A stretch of DNA of 64,000 bases, from positions 3,658,001 through 3,722,000 of the forward strand of contig OX597840.1 of assembly GCA_951406725.2 (NCBI GenBank), written 5' to 3'. This stretch comes from Octopus vulgaris. Lineage: Eukaryota. The notes under the pieces are model-generated. The model was not told the origin of the DNA, did no database searches, and saw only the letters and a program-made list of their open reading frames with translations. Of this stretch, positions 1 through 14,424 are shown in pieces (positions within the stretch are counted from its first letter, which is position 1; the number at the start of each line of letters is the position of its first letter). The translations under genes and the position numbers were made by a program.

Positions 1-169
1 ACATATATACACATATGTGTATATATATATATATATACATACATATTTATATATATATACACACACACATATACATATATATATATACATATATACATAC
101 GTATATATACATATATATATTTATATATGCGGCGAAAAAGAAGAGAGAGTAATATACATAACTACATAA

Positions 170-219
<50 letters not shown>

Positions 220-944
220 ATGTATTTATGTATATGTATTTATGTATGTATGTATGTATACACAGTCACAAACACACACGCACAGATAAGCATAAAGACA
301 CTCATCAAGGCATATACATCGCTATGTGGGCGTGTGTGTGTATGTGTGTATATCTTTGTGCAGATTTGCATATGTATTATTGCATATATATAATTATTCC
401 ATGATTTGTGTGTGTGTTTTTCTTTCAAATCTCTTAATTCTTCCTGCGATGAAGGAGCTGATTCTTAAAAGAAAAGCTCGAAACTCCAGATATATAATGT
501 ATATATCTGTGTATAAAAGATCTTATGTAGGCGAAAATTTCAGAGGTTAATAATTTAGGTTATCTCCAGGAGTCGAAAATTGAAGTACTTTACAACCAGC
601 AAAATCCCGAATTATTTGGTAAAGGGAATGCGAACAGTGAAAAATGGGGAATAATAACAATGGGAGAAAGCGACAGCAAAATTTCCGTGAGGAGCAGAAA
701 AACAGGGTTCGGAAAAGGATAAAAAGGTTTCTTCAGGTTAAAAATGACAAGACGAAAATAATACAAAGTCGACAGAGTCTTATATGGAGTTCGTTCAAGA
801 AATTGACTGCAACTGATGGGCAACGCAAGAAAACTTGAAATCCAGAAGTAGAAATATGGGACTGAGCTGGGACAAGCCAAGTATGTATGTGTTGTATATA
901 TATATGTATATATATGAATGATTAATATTTATGTATATATCTTT

Positions 945-1140
945 TTTCTCTTAGTTGTTTCAGTCACTTGACTACGGCTATGCCTTGAAGGAACTTTAGT
1001 CAAAAAATCGACCCCGGGTCGTATGTATTTTTAAGCCTAGTACTTATGCTATTGGTCTTTTACTGAACAACTAAGTTGCGAGAACATAAACACACCAACA
1101 ACGGTTATCAAGCCGTGGTGATGGGGAACAAACACATGCA
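945..1140 (-). mobile_element. SINE family B, 3' half, diverged
   Basis: Reverse complement matches the tail of full copies (ttgtttcagtca..tgactacggc, aagcctagtactta, acataaacacacca). Confidence 0.75.
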
Positions 1141-1156
1141 AAGATACAGACATATT

Positions 1157-1440
1157 GCAACTAGAAAGTTACCCTCCCAGGCACAAGTCCGGGCAAGGTT
1201 GTTTTATGGAAGACCAGCAGTCGCCCATGCATACTGGCCTCCCCTCTCGACGCCACCACTGTTATCCAAGAGAAAGGCAAAGGTTGATACAGCTTGGCAC
1301 CTGTGACGTCGCAACTCATTTCTACAGCTGAGTGAACTGGAGCAACGTGGAATAAAGTGTCTTGCTCAAGAACACAACATGCAGCCCGATCCCGGATTCG
1401 AACTCACAATCTCACGATAGTAAGCTCAACGCTCTAACCA
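1157..1440 (-). mobile_element. tRNA-derived SINE family E
   Basis: Minus strand reads tggttagagcg (A-box-like) ... gagttcgaatcc (B box), then gtgttcttgagcaagacacttt ... cactcagctgtagaaatgagt, a typical SINE central domain. Only one long copy in the window. Confidence 0.75.
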
Positions 1441-1504
1441 TCCCGGAAAGATGAAAGATGAAGTTGACATCGGCAACACTTCAACTCAGAATGTAGGGAC
1501 GGGT

Positions 1505-2052
1505 GAAATATCTTATTTCTTTACTACCCACAAGGGGCTAAACACAGAGGGGACAACCAAGGACAGAGAAACGGATTAAGTCGATTACATCGACCCCAGT
1601 GCGTAACTGGTACTTAATTTATCGACCCCGAAAGGATGAAAGGCAAAGTCGACCTCGGTGGAATTTGAACTCAGAACATAACGGCAGACGAAATACGTTT
1701 TGAGTTCAAATTCCGCCGAGGTCGACTTTCCCTTTCATACTTTCGGGGTCGAATGATAATAGTGATTTCATCTATTTGCCACGAGGGCGAAGGAATAAAT
1801 GGTAAAGCTTATGCCTATAATAATTGGTACGTTGTGATCTGTAAGCAAAGATATAGACAAATGGCTGAAAGAGACTGGAATAGCATGTTCTTTAAAGTTC
1901 CTACGATTACGTCGACCCCAGTGTTTCACTGGTACTTAATTTATCAAGCCTGAAAGGATGAAAGGCGGAATTTGAACTCAGAACGTAACGGCAGACGAAA
2001 TACGGCTACGCATTTCGCCCGGCGTGCTAACGATTCTGCCAGCTCTCCGCTT
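1505..2052 (-). mobile_element. Cluster of SINE family A copies: 1505-1697 (-), 1698-1752 (+) and 1905-2052 (-)
   Basis: Family A body gttctgagttcaaattccgccgaggtcgactttgcctttcatcctttcggggtcgataaattaagtaccag, repeated more than 12 times in the window. gagttcaaattcc is a B-box-like motif. Confidence 0.9.
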
Positions 2053-2592
2053 TAATAATAATAATAATGATAATAATGAAATCTCGTTTATTTAACCACT
2101 AAAACAAATGCCTGCGTAAATTTAAAATATATCAAATATATTTTATATAAATTTCTGTAGATCCGCTTCCCTACACTACGTATATTTGATTACTCAATAA
2201 TTTATTATAAAACACTTCCTTATGCTTTATGCTTTCATACTCCAAAATTTTGCTAAATTAACACAATTTTATGTTTTATGTTCATATTCCCCCCTTTCCC
2301 GCTCTTTCTTCTTTTCATTCATTAAATATTTGGCAAAAAAAAAATTCGCCAAATTCACGATTTATTTCCTCGTTTCCTCTACTTTAAAGTTCAAATTGAA
2401 ATGGCAAATTTCTTGAAAACCGATTTTCAAAAATGGCTGCCCGTAAATCAAGTATTCTGTATGGTTCATTCAATTTCTTTGATCGTCGCACTCTAGGTTC
2501 TTTCCTGCCTATACACACACATATATATATATTTATACATATATATATACATATACATATATATATATATATATATATACATATATATATAC

Positions 2593-2625
<33 letters not shown>

Positions 2626-2684
2626 CATATACACATACATATATATATATATATACATATACACATATATGTGTGTGTGTGTGT

Positions 2685-2925
2685 GGAGGCGCAATGGACC
2701 AGTGGTTAGGGCAGCGGACTTGCAGCCGTAGGATCGCGCTTTCGATCCCCAAACCGGGCATTGTGAGTGTTTATTGAGCGAAAACACCTAAAGTTCTACG
2801 AGGCTCCGGCAGGGAGTGGTGGTGAACCCTGCTGTACTCTTTCACCACTATTTTCTCTCACTCTTTCTTCCTGTTTCTATTGTACCAGTATTTCAAAGGG
2901 CCAGCCTTTTCAGACTCTGTGTCGT
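2685..2925 (+). mobile_element. tRNA-derived SINE family C, 3'-truncated
   Basis: ggaggcgcaatggaccagtggttagggcagcggac...ttcgatccc is a tRNA-like head. The body matches the full copy at 52630-53012. Confidence 0.88.
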
Positions 2926-3170
2926 GGACATCCAGTAGATGATCATCTACGATCTAACCACAAAGAATGTTCTCTGAAGGACAGTCTTTCTTTGTAGTTA
3001 GATCGTAGATGATCTTCTTCTAGCATATTGGGTGTCCACTTAGTGGTCAACCCTTATACGCATTTATTACAATTTTTCTGATTTTTCAGATTTTTCTATA
3101 TGCTAGGCTATTGGTTTTAAATTGATAATTAAATTAATATTCAATTTCTTACCCTAATTGTTTAAAATAT
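2926..3170 (+). mobile_element. Short fold-back element, related to 33406-33690
   Basis: Inverted arms 2941-2966 and 2989-3014. Shares agcatatt..gtgtccactt.agtggtca and the tail ctag/aagc..ttggttttaa.ttga..aatt.ct.accct.att with 33540-33680. Confidence 0.6.
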
Positions 3171-4079
3171 ATATATATAAATTAGAAAAAAGAACACCTT
3201 TTATCAATTCAAAAATGAAAGATTTAAATTAAACCATATAGAAAAAATTACATCCAATAGAAAAAATTAAATATAAGATAAAAATATACACCAATGATTA
3301 AGTAATGTGCAAAATAATAAATAAAACGAATATATTTGGTAAAATTTGCGAAACAAATTAGCAAACGTTGATCTAATATTTCTGAATTGAATTTTTCCCT
3401 GTTTAGAATAATATTCCCTAATATTATTATTATTGTGTATATTTATATATTTATATATATATATATATGTATATGTATATATATAATATATATATTTATA
3501 TTTATTTATTTATTTATATACATGCATACATACAAATATACATATATATGTGAGTATGTGTTAGCATAAGAGGTAGAGGAAGAAGATTAAGATGTAGGCA
3601 AACACAAAGATGGAAGTGAATATGAAAAGGAGAGAGGAGAAGGGAGAGGAGAGAAGAGAAGAAGGAGACGGAGAAGAAGAAGAAGGAGGAGGAGGAGGAG
3701 GAGGAGGAGGAGGAAGAAGAGGAGGATGAGGAGACGGAGAAGAAGAAGAAGAAGAAGAAGAAGAAGAAGAAGAAGAAGAAGAAGAAGAAGAAGAAGAAGA
3801 AGAAGAAGAAGAAGAAGAAGAAGAAGAAGAAGGGACATGCTTGATGATAAATGTGAGCGCATCACCACTTCCTGGTTTCGAAGACAACGACAGATCATTC
3901 AACAAAGACACGGAACTTCCGGTTTCACTCTTGTTGCGAAACAAATTATCAAAGGTTTAGTGGGTCACAGTTTGACAAGTTCTCAAGAATTTAGCAGACG
4001 TTGATTGATTCTTTGGTAGCAAGTCTTCGTTTCTGATTTCAATTTATTAAGCATCACTGTCACAGACAGAGATGGAGAC

Positions 4080-4111
<32 letters not shown>

Positions 4112-4586
4112 GAAGGAGACAGAAAGAGGGGAGATAGAGAGAGGGGGAAACAGAGATAATGGGAGGCAGAGAGGGGGGTGACAGAGAGAAAAAAGAAAGA
4201 GAGGTGACGGAAAAGTGACAAATGCACACACAGATACACCTGCACACATACGGACACATATACACACGGTGACACACACCTATACACACACATACACACA
4301 GACACACATAAAAATAAGCACACATACACAGACGGGTCCACACATACAAACTCAGACACACGAGCAAACACACAGGCATACATACGCATACACACAAAGA
4401 TAGACACATGCGCACACACAAACTAACATAACACACACACATACACAGACACACACAGTCACACTAGTATATAAAAACAGTGACATACACACACGCAGGC
4501 ACACATAGGCGCACACACACAAACGCATACATGCACGCACATTTAGACGCTCACACGCATAGAGACACACAACGTCAATTACATAT

Positions 4587-5156
4587 ACTCTTTACTCTCA
4601 AATTTCCATTTTACTTGTTCCAGTCATTTGACTGCGGCCATGCTGGAGCACCGCTTTTAGTCGAGCAAATCGATCCCAGGACTTATTCTTTGTAAGCCTA
4701 GTACTAATTGTTTTCGGTATCTTTTTGCCGAACCGCTAAGTTACGGGGGCGTAAACACACCAGCATCGGTCGTCAAGCGATGTTGGGGGGGGACAAATAC
4801 AGACACACAAATATATACACACACATACACAGATATATATATATACTACGGGCTTCATATATATTATTTATGTATATGTATATATATATGTATATATATA
4901 CATATATACACACACACACACACATACACACACACACACATATATATATATGTATACAGACACACAAACACACTCATACATATATACATATATACGACGG
5001 GCTTCTTTCAGTTTCCGTCTACCAAATCCACTCACAAGGCTTTGGTCGGCACGAGGCTATAGTAGAAGACACTTGGCCAAGGTGCCACACAGTGGGACTG
5101 AACCTGGAACCATGTAGTTCGTAAGCAAGCTACTTACCACACAGCCACTCCTACGC
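4587..5156 (-). mobile_element. tRNA-derived SINE family B, full length, with internal microsatellite
   Basis: Minus strand: aggagtggctgtgtggtaag (A box), ggttcagtccc (B box), ggcaccttggccaagtgtcttc, internal (TA/TG)n, tail gcggtgctccagcatggccgcagtcaaatgactg. Confidence 0.92.
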
Positions 5157-5452
5157 ATAAATACGTATAAATACAAGAAAAAAAGAAACCGAACACATGC
5201 TTTAGACATATACACAAATAATTATACGCTCACATCTGAGAAGCATATATTAGTACCACGGGGCACTTAGAGAGAGAGAGAGTAAACAAAAAGAGGGGCC
5301 TGGAAGACATCAAGGAAAAGACAAGAGGATTTGGTAAGAACACTGATTGAATCAATGAAATTATAACAAATATGATGAAACTGAAGCCAATAACTGTGTG
5401 CGTGACAACGTGTGTGCATTAATGTGTGTGTGTGATTTTGTGCGTGTGAATG

Positions 5453-5509
<57 letters not shown>

Positions 5510-5668
5510 GTGTGTGTGCATAGATCTGGATGTATTTTAATGTATAGGTATGTTTCCTTACTAATACCAACATATGTATGCGTAAGAGCGGCTGTGTGGT
5601 AAGCAAGAGTGGCTTGCTTACCAACCACATAATTCCGGGTTCAGTCCCACTGCGTGGCGCCTAATAAC

Positions 5669-5724
<56 letters not shown>

Positions 5725-5779
5725 TAATAACATCGAAAAATACCTTAGGAATGAGAACCCAGGTTCGAAATTTCCCCAA

Positions 5780-5825
5780 GACACCTGATGAATCCTGGAG
5801 GGTATATCAGCCGAAACGTTGTGTT
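5780..5825 (+). ncRNA. Minimal type I hammerhead ribozyme motif within a short element (about 5730-5910) next to (AAT)n
   Basis: gacac-CTGATGA-a-tcctg gagggtatat cagcc-GAAAC-GTT-gtgtt. Stem I gacac/gtgtt, stem II partly mismatched, loopless helix III AC/GU. Confidence 0.65.
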
Positions 5826-5967
5826 TACCACAAACAAGATGAGGACAAACATCCGTCGAATATAAGTAATGTAAATAATGTAAATAATATAAATAATGTA
5901 TAGAACTGAAAGAAATTAAAATTAACAACACCGGCAAAATGCCCCATACCTATTGCAACAGCATCCG

Positions 5968-6033
<66 letters not shown>

Positions 6034-6077
6034 CCACCACCACCACCACCGTCGTCATCATCGCCATCATCATCGCT

Positions 6078-6150
<73 letters not shown>

Positions 6151-7056
6151 TTGCCATCATCATCATCGTCGTCATCATTACCATTGTCAATTTCATCGCC
6201 ACCGCCGTCGACGTGATCATCATCCTCATCATCATCATCATCAATAACATCAATAAATATTTGTTTCAATTTTCTTAAAGAACGAGAATGATAGGAAGAG
6301 AAAAACATAGCAGAGAGGGAGAGCGAATGAGAGAGAGAAAGAAAGAAATAGAGAGGGAGAATGAACAGAGGGAAAGTGATTGATAGAGTAACAGAGACTC
6401 AAAGAGAAAGACAGAGTCAGATAGACAGAGGGGGGAGAACAAACAGAAGGTGAGAGCGAGATATATATAATGAAATTAATATACACCGGAAGTATAACTT
6501 GAGTTTAATTATCGGCCGACATCTTGGAACAGGAACTTCTAATATGTTTAAATGTATCTTGGAGTTTTTTCGGCTGCTGCTGCTGTTGCAATTATAGGCC
6601 TAGTTTTTGTTTTTGTTGCTGACGGTGCTGCTGTTGCTGCTACCGTTACTACTGCTGCTGCTGCTGCAGTCTCCTTGTTCTTATTGTTTCATTTACTGCT
6701 ACTGCTGCTGCGGTTCTTTTTCTCCTGCTGCTGCCGTTGCTCTCCAATGCTGTTGCTCTTATTTCATTTGATGCCGGAAATTCGATTTTCGCTTTCTGCT
6801 CTTGTTCTTCTTCTTATTGTTGTTGTTGTTATTCTTCTTCTTCTTGATGTTGTTGCTGTTGTTGTCGTCATTACTTTTGTCGTTTGATGTGCCATACTGG
6901 ATAATGCAGTACTTTTGATAAGGCCGCCGTACATCTCTTTTGTTGTATCTGAAGGTAGATATATGACTAAGGAAGCGATACGGCATGCATGCAAACATGT
7001 CCGCATATATATACATATATACATATATATGCATATATATACATATACATATATAT

Positions 7057-7093
<37 letters not shown>

Positions 7094-7146
7094 CATACAT
7101 ACATATACATATATATATATACATACATATATATATATATTTATAC

Positions 7147-7183
<37 letters not shown>

Positions 7184-7204
7184 CATATATATACATATAC
7201 ATTC

Positions 7205-7241
<37 letters not shown>

Positions 7242-7349
7242 CATATATACATATATATATATATATGTATGTGTGTATACGCAGATATATATATGTATAT
7301 ATATACATACATATATATGTATGTATGTGTGTATACACACACACACGCT

Positions 7350-7428
<79 letters not shown>

Positions 7429-8465
7429 GAAGTAGAAAGACGAATAATATGCCAATACTTTTGTCACCAATGGTCACTTTCTGAGCAGCGCAACACGCAC
7501 TAATGAATGGGAGATAACAACGCCAACCACGCATTGCAGAGAAATGTCGTATAGCAAAGAAACAAAACGATATTTTAAACTATGTTTTATCTCCTAAGCA
7601 AATTCCAAGTTACAAATTGTAGAAGAAGTGAAAGTAAATCTGATTTATACGCCGGACATAAATCAATAAAACTAACCAGAAGTTTACAAGGTGTCGTCTC
7701 ACATCACAGAAAGTCGATGATAATTGCGTTACGGGTAAGAAGAATCTCTGTTGATGTGCTATCTTATGAACGCATCTCAAGCTATAAATAAGGTATAAAT
7801 TTTTCAATGAGCCCCCAGTTGATATTGTACTTCTTAACTTTTTCTTTTAAGCTCCAAATGTAGCACGAGAGCCTTGTTGCGTTTCGTTCATAATATTGTC
7901 AGAAAAGAAAAGGGTTATGACTGTAAAATATGACTGCTTTTGCTGTCACACTTCAGATTGATGCCAAGGTTCGGATTTGTTCTTTTAACCTCGACTCTGA
8001 TATGATTTTAACCTCGTCTCTGTATTGAAGAGGCTTTTTAGAGGAAATATACCGTTGTTACTACATAAATAACCTACTCAGTGCATGTAGTGCGCTTATG
8101 AGATACCATTTATTTCCTATTATTTTACAGCCAAAATCACTTCAGATTGCGTCCATTGAACAATTTCCTATACCTATGTCTAAGAGAGAAATACGTATCG
8201 ATTAGAATTATGACAGTTTTTCACGTTTTACTCAAGTTTGTATGAAGTGGGTGGTATACACCATATAACATTACAGCACATTTACTTTTGTTCTAGGGGG
8301 TATGAATCCGGGATATAAATCATTTTTATCTTTGCACCCGCTCTTTACTAAAGCGTTTCTATAGTAAGAGGTTGCTTTATCAAACAATTATTTTATAGAG
8401 GGCACATCATTCACCATTCTTTTTCAATTTCTAATTAGGTTATGCGTGCGTGTATGTGCGCGCGC

Positions 8466-8519
<54 letters not shown>

Positions 8520-9019
8520 GTCTGATTGCAATGAAATAGAAGAATATATAGGAAGGCAAGAGGATTAAGAACAACTCTCTGAGCATGTTTGTGTATAAAC
8601 AATACGTCTGAATTCGTGAAGTGCAAGGTAAATTTTCATTGGAAGCTACTGCTAGGTATACACATACATATATGTGTAGATAGATAGATACATACATGCA
8701 TACATACATAGACAGCCAGATAGACAGATAGGTGTATATATATGGAAAAAAGTCAAGGTAGAAAATGATAAAATAAATTGAGACTTTTTCAACTGTAAGT
8801 ATGGAAAACAATTAAATTTTGGAAAAATTAAATGAACAGTTTTTTAAAAGAATATTTGCATAGTGTTCAAATACAAGGGGCATTTTTCTTGTTTCCGCCT
8901 ATCTCTGTCTCTCTTGTTTACTCTTGTGGGTTCGAGGTCATTGTGTATATAATTATATATATATATATATAATGTGTGTGTGTATCCATCTGCTCGTGTA
9001 TCTATTTATTTATATAGAG

Positions 9020-9058
<39 letters not shown>

Positions 9059-9192
9059 TAGGTAGATATATAGATAGATACGTAGATTATACTCGTGGGT
9101 TCGAAGTCGTTGTGTATGTATGTATGTATATATCTATGTGTGAGTGTGTGTGTGTGTGTGTGTCTATCTGATCGTGTATCTATTTATTTATT

Positions 9193-9256
<64 letters not shown>

Positions 9257-9476
9257 CAGTTACGTAGGTAGGCAGATATATAAAAAAGAACACCATTGAA
9301 ATTCAGGAGAAGTCTCAGCCAAATTCTTTTGCATAATTTTCGTTAATATTTTGCCACATTTATTCTATACACATTACGCTTACATCTTAATATTTTATCA
9401 TCATCAGCTACAGCAGCACCACCACCACCAGCAGTGACAGAAGCAGTGGCTTTAATAGCAGTAGCAGCAGCAATAT

Positions 9477-9552
<76 letters not shown>

Positions 9553-9609
9553 GCTGGTGGTGGTGCTGGTGCTGCTGGTGCTGGTAGTAAAAACAGAAGC
9601 AGCAGCAGC

Positions 9610-9644
<35 letters not shown>

Positions 9645-9736
9645 AAGTAGTAGTAGTAGTAGTAGTAGTTGTAGTAGCGCCAGTAGTAGTAGTAGTAGTC
9701 GCAGCAGTAGTAGTAGTAGTAGTCGCAGCAGTAGTA

Positions 9737-9776
<40 letters not shown>

Positions 9777-10470
9777 CAGCAGTAGTAGTGGTAGTAGTAG
9801 CTGCATTAATCCTTGTATAGTGGTGTTGATGACCGCGATGGTTACGCCTCTCTCTCTCTCCCTTTTCTCTCTCTCCTTCTTCCCCCTCTCTCTCTCTCTC
9901 TCTCTCTCGCTTTTACTTTCCATATATAGTCTTGCATAAAGGAGACTTTTGAAAAATCCCCAAAACACAAGTACTGTGTGGGTGTAATAAAAACTCGGAA
10001 CTGTCTCTTCGAAACTGTTTCGTTCACCTTCTCAATACTTTAGTATTTTGTTACTGTCGTTATTTTCTTCCAATTTTATATATATATATATATATATCCT
10101 TTATATCTTATTTATACATTCGTTTATATCTATTCTATATATTTTGAATATTTCCTCTACGTCTATTTTTTAAAATTATTTCTTTATTTGTTTTTCTTTT
10201 AATTCTATTTTTTGAGATTATTTTATTATTTGTCTTATTTTTTGTCTTATTTTGTTTTGTTTTATTCTTGTTCAAATATTCATTGTTATTCAGAGTTCCA
10301 TTGTACTGTGGGAATATTTTTATTGCTGAAACAGTAGAATTTTTTTAAAAGCCAATTAGCGTTTGCATATTCTTTTACGTCGCCCTACATTCCGTGTTCA
10401 AATCTCATGCGATTTTCATTGGATAATTTTCTTCCGCCATTTTTTTTTACTGTTACACCTCAAAAACACG

Positions 10471-10514
<44 letters not shown>

Positions 10515-10564
10515 GGGAGAGGGTGTCTGTGTGTATACACATATATATACGGATATGTATATGT

Positions 10565-10619
<55 letters not shown>

Positions 10620-10690
10620 TATATACGGATATGTATATGTATACATATATATCCGTGGTGTTGTTTTGCATTTATAATGAAATAAAATAT

Positions 10691-10751
10691 GATTGATTGA
10701 TTGATTCTAGTTTCAGCTTATGAGCTGTGGCCATGCTGGGGCACCGCCATT
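10691..10751 (-). mobile_element. Isolated ~60-bp LINE/SINE 3' tail
   Basis: Minus strand aatggcggtgccccagcatggccacagctcataagctgaaactag(aatc)n. Similar copies at 20636-20700 (+) and 29748-29815 (+). Confidence 0.8.
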
Positions 10752-10789
10752 CAGATTATAAAAATAATTTTTTTAAATATGCAATACTG

Positions 10790-10865
10790 TTTCTAATTCG
10801 CGGATTTTCACCTATCGCGGGGGCTTTTGGAACGTAACACTCGCGATAGTTGAGGGATTACTGTA
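10790..10865. mobile_element. Tigger/pogo-like DNA transposon terminal fragment
   Basis: cgcggattttcacctatcgcggggg...cgcgatagttgagggattactg|TA. The ...ACTG-TA end and internal palindrome are typical of pogo/Tigger MITE termini. Confidence 0.55.
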
Positions 10866-10867
10866 TG

Positions 10868-10919
<52 letters not shown>

Positions 10920-11414
10920 AAGTAAGGGCAAAAGAAAAAATTTCTAATGCCAAAATATGCCGAAAATAGACACAACGTCAATAACCATGTAATTTATCAC
11001 TACAAGCACGCGTAGACAGAGAGAGAGAGAGAAGGAGAGAGAGAGGGAAAGAAAGATACATATAGATATATATTTATGTGTGTGTGTGCTTGTCTCCTAC
11101 AATCGCTTAACAGCCTGCGTTGGTTTGTTTACACCTCTGTCGTATAGCGGTTCGGTAAAAGAAGCTGATAAAATAACTGCCAGACTTACAAAAAATAACA
11201 TATACTAGGATCTATCCGTTCCACTAAAAACACAGACATTTCAAGACGGTGCTCCAGCATGGCCATAATATAATGACGGAGACAAGTGAAAGAAAAAATG
11301 AAAGACATCTATAACCAAGATGGACAACTCTCGTTTAGATCTAGTGATGCAGGGTAGCTCTGAGTGAAGAGACACACAACGAGGTCGAAACGTCAAAGCG
11401 TTTGATAAATTAAG

Positions 11415-11586
11415 TACTCGACTGGTACTTAATTTATCGACCCCGAAATGATCAAAGGCAAGGTCGACCTCGACGGAATTTGAACTCAGAACGTAGCGAC
11501 GGGCGAAAATACCGCTAAACATTTCGCCCGACGTGCTAACGCGTCTGCCAGCTCGCCGCCTTAATAATAATAATAATAATAATAAT

Positions 11587-11651
<65 letters not shown>

Positions 11652-11690
11652 TGATGATGATAATAATAAATAATAATAATAATAACAATA

Positions 11691-11771
<81 letters not shown>

Positions 11772-11841
11772 TGATGATGATGATAATAATAATAAATAAT
11801 AATAATAATAACAATAATATAATAATAATAATAATTATTAT

Positions 11842-11884
<43 letters not shown>

Positions 11885-12305
11885 TCAAATTTTGCCAAAA
11901 GGGCAGCCATTTTGGGAAGAGGACAAGCCGACTACATCGTCTCGAGTGTGTATCACTGGTCCTTAATTCATCGACCCCGAAAGGATGAAAGGCAAAGTCG
12001 ACCTCGGCGGAATTTGAATTCGGGGCATAAAGGCGGACGAAATGCCGCTAAGCATTTTGTCCGGCGTGCTAACGTTTCTGCCAACTGGGCAACTTAATAA
12101 TAATAATAATATTCCTTTCTATCGTAGACACAAGGCCCAGAATTTTTTGGTTGGGGGGGAGGGGGCTAATCGACCCCGGTGCACAATTGGTAAAAAAGAA
12201 AGGCAAGTCGACCTAGGCGGAGTTTGAACTTAGAACGTAAGGAGAGACGAAATGCTGTAAAGTATTTTGTCCTGCACGCTAACGACTCTACCAGCTAGCT
12301 ACCTT
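11415..12305 (-). mobile_element. Three SINE family A copies (11415-11561, 11930-12095, 12150-12305) separated by (AAT)n
   Basis: Reverse complement of the family A consensus in each copy. Confidence 0.88.
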
Positions 12306-12721
12306 AAAATATCACAAATAAAATCATAAAATCAAAAACAACAATACCATCACCACCAACACCAACACCGCCACCACTACAACTATAGCGGCGACAACAA
12401 TACCAACAACAATCTAACCTGTGTCAGACTTCGTTAGAAACTGTGCGGAAGATGTTTCACCTGCGATTAATTAGATTTAGGGAGCGTAATGGATATGGCG
12501 GAGGGGTGTTGCAGGGCGGAGTATGAGGCTGCGAATGATGATAATACAGTCTGTTGTTTGATGACGTTTAGGGATCACGTGTGAATGTGTGAATCTGTAT
12601 GTGTATATATACATACATATATATATATATAAACATACACATATATATTACATAGATACATATATATATATATACATATATATATATATGTATACATATA
12701 TATATACCAACACACACACAC

Positions 12722-12757
<36 letters not shown>

Positions 12758-12774
12758 GTATATATGCATATATA

Positions 12775-12855
<81 letters not shown>

Positions 12856-13129
12856 ATATATGCATATATATGTATATATATATATACATATATATTTATA
12901 CAACATAGGAGTAATACATATATATATGTGCTGTATGTATAGATGTATGTGTTTGTATTTGGGTGTATATGTCTATATACAGTCTCTATATGTATGTGTG
13001 TTTATGATTGTATATACGAGCGCATGTATGTGTTTGCAACGCACAACCACGCATACACACCCATAGACAGATCTTGAGTTATGCACTAATACACCACTTT
13101 AAGACCATACGCACATACATACACCTTAA

Positions 13130-13168
<39 letters not shown>

Positions 13169-13624
13169 CATGCTAGAGCACATCAACACACAAACATACG
13201 CACACACTAAATCTCTGTTCTACACCATACGTACATATTCATACACACCCGTTAGCATAGACATACGCACCACTTTAACGCTACACTCACACACATACAC
13301 AGTTTTTGGTAGACATCCTTTATACTTTTCTTGCTTTAGTTGTTAGACGGTGGCCATGCTGGTGCACCACATTGAAGAATCTTTTGCCCAACGAATCATC
13401 CATGGTACTTATTACTTTTGAACCCAAGCACTTATTCTATCGAAACCTTTCGCCGAACCGCTACGTTACGGAGACATTAACAAACAAACATCGAATGCCA
13501 AGCAGTGGAACACACATAGATATATACATATATATATATATAAATATGTATGTATATAAGCATATATATGTATATATATACATATATAAATATATACATA
13601 CATGCATATATATATACATATATA

Positions 13625-14424
13625 TACAACATAGGAGTAATACATATATATATGCTGTATGTACGCATGTATGTTTTTGGGTGTATATGTATATACACAC
13701 ATATATATGTGAGTGTGTCTGTGTGTGTATATATGCATGGTGGTTGTCTAATCCTTATACAGAGTTTGACCACCTCTTGTACCTGCATCTTATATTCATC
13801 ATGGCGCCTGATGTGGCTTTTTAAACCAGACATTATATTGAAAAGACACCCACATAGATAGCATATCTGATTTGCGATTTAGACCACCAGTGCTGCAGTT
13901 AAGTTCTGATTTTTGTGGATCTTAAAATGCTTTTTGAGGCCCCTGTTAGATTTGCAGACCTTATGGCATACATGGCATTGAAAGGTATGCACAGATATAT
14001 AGGCAAAGTAGTTGATGGAGGTTTACAACATAGGAGTAATACATATATATATGCTGTATGTACGCATGTATGTTTTTGGGTGTATATGTATATACACACA
14101 TATATATATGTGAGTGTGTCTGTGTGTGTATATATGCATGGTGGTTGTCTAATCCTTATACAGAGTTTGACCACCTCTTGTACCTGCATCTTATATTCAT
14201 CATGGCGCCTGATGTGACTTTTTAAACCATATATTGTATTGAAAAGACACCCACATAGATAGCATATCCGATATGCGATTTAGACCACCAGTGCTGCAGT
14301 TAAGTTCTGATTTTTGTGGATCTTAAAATGCTTTTTGAGGCCCCTGTTAGATTTGCAGACCTTATGGCATACATGGCATTGAAAGGTATGCACAGATATA
14401 TAGGCAAAGTAGTTGATGGAGGTT
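13625..14424 (+). repeat. ~400-bp tandem duplication, two near-identical units
   Basis: Unit tacaacataggagtaatac...gtagttgatggaggtt at about 13625-14023 and again at about 14024-14424. Confidence 0.95.
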
